From contig CAVYRJ010000001.1 in NCBI GenBank assembly GCA_963770935.1, positions 128,001-192,000 of the forward strand: 64,000 nt of DNA, in the 5' to 3' direction. The position numbers and the translations under genes are program-made. This document shows positions 62,329 through 64,000 of this stretch, in pieces. Positions within the stretch are counted from its first letter, which is position 1. Every line of letters starts with the position of its first letter. The notes under the pieces were generated by a model. It saw only the letters and a list, made by a program, of their open reading frames with translations, was not told the DNA's origin and made no database searches. Origin of the DNA: Candidatus Bathyarchaeota archaeon. GTDB taxonomy: Archaea; Thermoproteota; Bathyarchaeia; Bathyarchaeales; Bathycorpusculaceae.

Positions 62329-62478
62329 AATAAAATCTCGAATTTAAAGTCGCTTTTGGGCGAGCCTTCCAGAAGCATTATTGCTTCACTTTTAACGCTC
62401 TTCTACTGTAATTCAAAATCTCTGACTAGTTCATTAGTTCGTCTTACTTAATACAATCCCCGAAGCGGAAGAACAGAT

Positions 62479-62802
62479 ATGAGCACAGCTGACACTGAGA
62501 AAGACTCTGGGAAAGAGGTTTGTTGTGAATATGCTACAGCTGTGACTGGTTTAGGCGAATTTGAATTATGTATTCGCGAGTGCGGCAATCAAACTTGTCC
62601 TCAATCTATTTTTTCTAATCCGGCAATCTACGAAAGATGCCCACAGCGGTTGAAGTACAAAAAAGACGGCTTGATTTTGAATCAAAGTGAACCGAAAAAG
62701 GTTTTTGTTCACGTTCACTCAAAACAAGAGTCTGTACCGAAATTCACCGGTATGAACTGCAACGGCTGCCAATACAAGGCTGGTTCTTATTGTTGGGGCT
62801 AA
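62479..62802 (+). CDS. Small Cys-rich hypothetical protein
   Basis: 107 aa with 9 Cys (CC, CxxxC, CxxC); taatacaa TATA-like upstream; no family recognised. Confidence 0.5.
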   Translation: MSTADTEKDSGKEVCCEYATAVTGLGEFELCIRECGNQTCPQSIFSNPAIYERCPQRLKYKKDGLILNQSEPKKVFVHVHSKQESVPKFTGMNCNGCQYKAGSYCWG

Positions 62803-62847
62803 TGCACAATGAACATTTGGAAAAGAAAACCTGATTGGTGAGGGTTA

Positions 62848-63060
62848 ATGAGTAAGGAAAAAAGCGTATCTTTGCAGTGGATGATGTGAATATTTTGAGA
62901 ATTTTTAGGAGTATTTTGAAAAAGAAGGATACGTAATTGATACGGTTGAGACCGGTAAAGATGCCCTTAAGAAAATCGAAAGGAGAAGTTCAACGTGTGC
63001 TTAGTTGACGTTAGGCTCCCTGACATGGAAGGAACTGAGCTTCTCCTCGATATGGCAGAG
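62848..63060 (+). pseudogene. Response-regulator receiver domain remnant
   Basis: GAGGG RBS; fragments VDD, VETGKDALKKIE, LVDVRLPDMEGTELL across frameshifts. Confidence 0.75.
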
Positions 63061-63657
63061 TTCTTTTACTTCGGCAATCCAACAAGTATGCGGCACAAAG
63101 CCTAAAGACGAATCAACCATAAAACTCACATGGCTATTTCTCTAATGACTTTAAGAAGCAAGGCGTTGAAACGACTAACACCCGTAATTGAGAGATAGTT
63201 AAAAGTGGAAGGCTGAGGAGCTGACGTTTCTTAGAAATACGTGTTAGCTAACAAGATGACTAATCTAAAAGAAAGCACCATAACGAACAATTTGAGTTAT
63301 TGCTCAAATCCTACATGCCTCAATGGGAACAAAGCAAACAAGAACTCAACAACGGCATTCTTAGTTATTCTGAATGGGCAGAGTAGACTTAGACTCTTGC
63401 TCCACAATGGGGACACTTATCTGCCGTCTCTTTGTAAATATTCTTGCAGTAGGCTCAGCTATTTTTAGTTAAATATTGGCAGTTATTAAATAAAGCAAAA
63501 CTCAAAATTACACGTTTCGGGCACTCAATGTAAGACAAATTAAGAACCAAGTGCTATATTATTTAGGTGAATATTTTTGCGTAAACAACACAGACCAGAA
63601 GGATCGACAACCTCCTCTCCAAACAGGAGCAGTATAGCAAGAAAAGCAAATGCCGCC

Positions 63658-63717
63658 AATAGTTCGAGACAGAAGCAAGCCAACGATAATCGTTCGAGAC
63701 AGACTCAAGCCGATAAT
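63658..63717. repeat. Two-copy imperfect 30-bp tandem repeat
   Basis: aatagttcgagacagaagcaagcc / aatcgttcgagacagactcaagcc. Confidence 0.7.
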
Positions 63718-64000
63718 TCAAAGAAGTAAAACAGTATTTTATACTTCTAAATTAAATTTTAATGCGTGGATTGAATATACTGTAATGAAACGGTTATGCG
63801 TTTTCGGCTTAGGCTGTCTACGGTTACTTCAATTCATTTTTTGTGATAGGAAGACTTAAAAAAGCAAGTCAACATAAAACTAAAGGAGAGAAAGTTTTTG
63901 GAAAAAACAGCGACGATTTATTCACTCTTGACTTTTTCGGCGTAGCTTTTTTGATTTTGGTGAAAACATATGAAAGATTTTAAGTGCCCAATATGTAGTG

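Noticed and set aside
63658-63717. 30-bp repeat as a CRISPR remnant
   Set aside because: Two adjacent copies with no spacer-length gap and no cas genes; a simple tandem duplication.

Overview
Archaeal chromosome segment. Histone, thermosome, Rpo6, eS17/eS25/eS26/eS1, Tes, CofD and TrpB2, plus a PQQ-propeller surface protein remnant, point to a TACK archaeon, most likely Bathyarchaeia (inference). Layout: 1-3.1 kb, two paralogous membrane GT-C-like genes; 3.2-8.4 kb, asnB-like, purB and hel308; 8.5-11.7 kb, an unusual iscS-like/iscU/sufS/small-Cys-protein operon; 11.8-28.3 kb, a surface-glycosylation cluster with decayed paralogues; 28.3-53.9 kb, mostly housekeeping genes; 53.9-64 kb, a decayed accessory island around tRNA-Arg(GCG) with a truncated tyrosine integrase, a broken PQQ-repeat gene, an intact MrfB/MrfA-like nuclease-helicase pair and RadA-like and response-regulator remnants. 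Many conserved genes carry single extra bases that look like sequencing errors. No CRISPR array, rRNA or IS transposase was seen. Most interesting: the hybrid Fe-S operon whose IscS has lost PLP-site residues, the tRNA embedded antisense in the integrase frame, the MrfAB+RadA-like locus, ALG11-like glycosyltransferases, apparent CTG/ATA starts and a hairpin leader on a truncated alba gene. All family assignments come from motif recognition by eye, not database searches.
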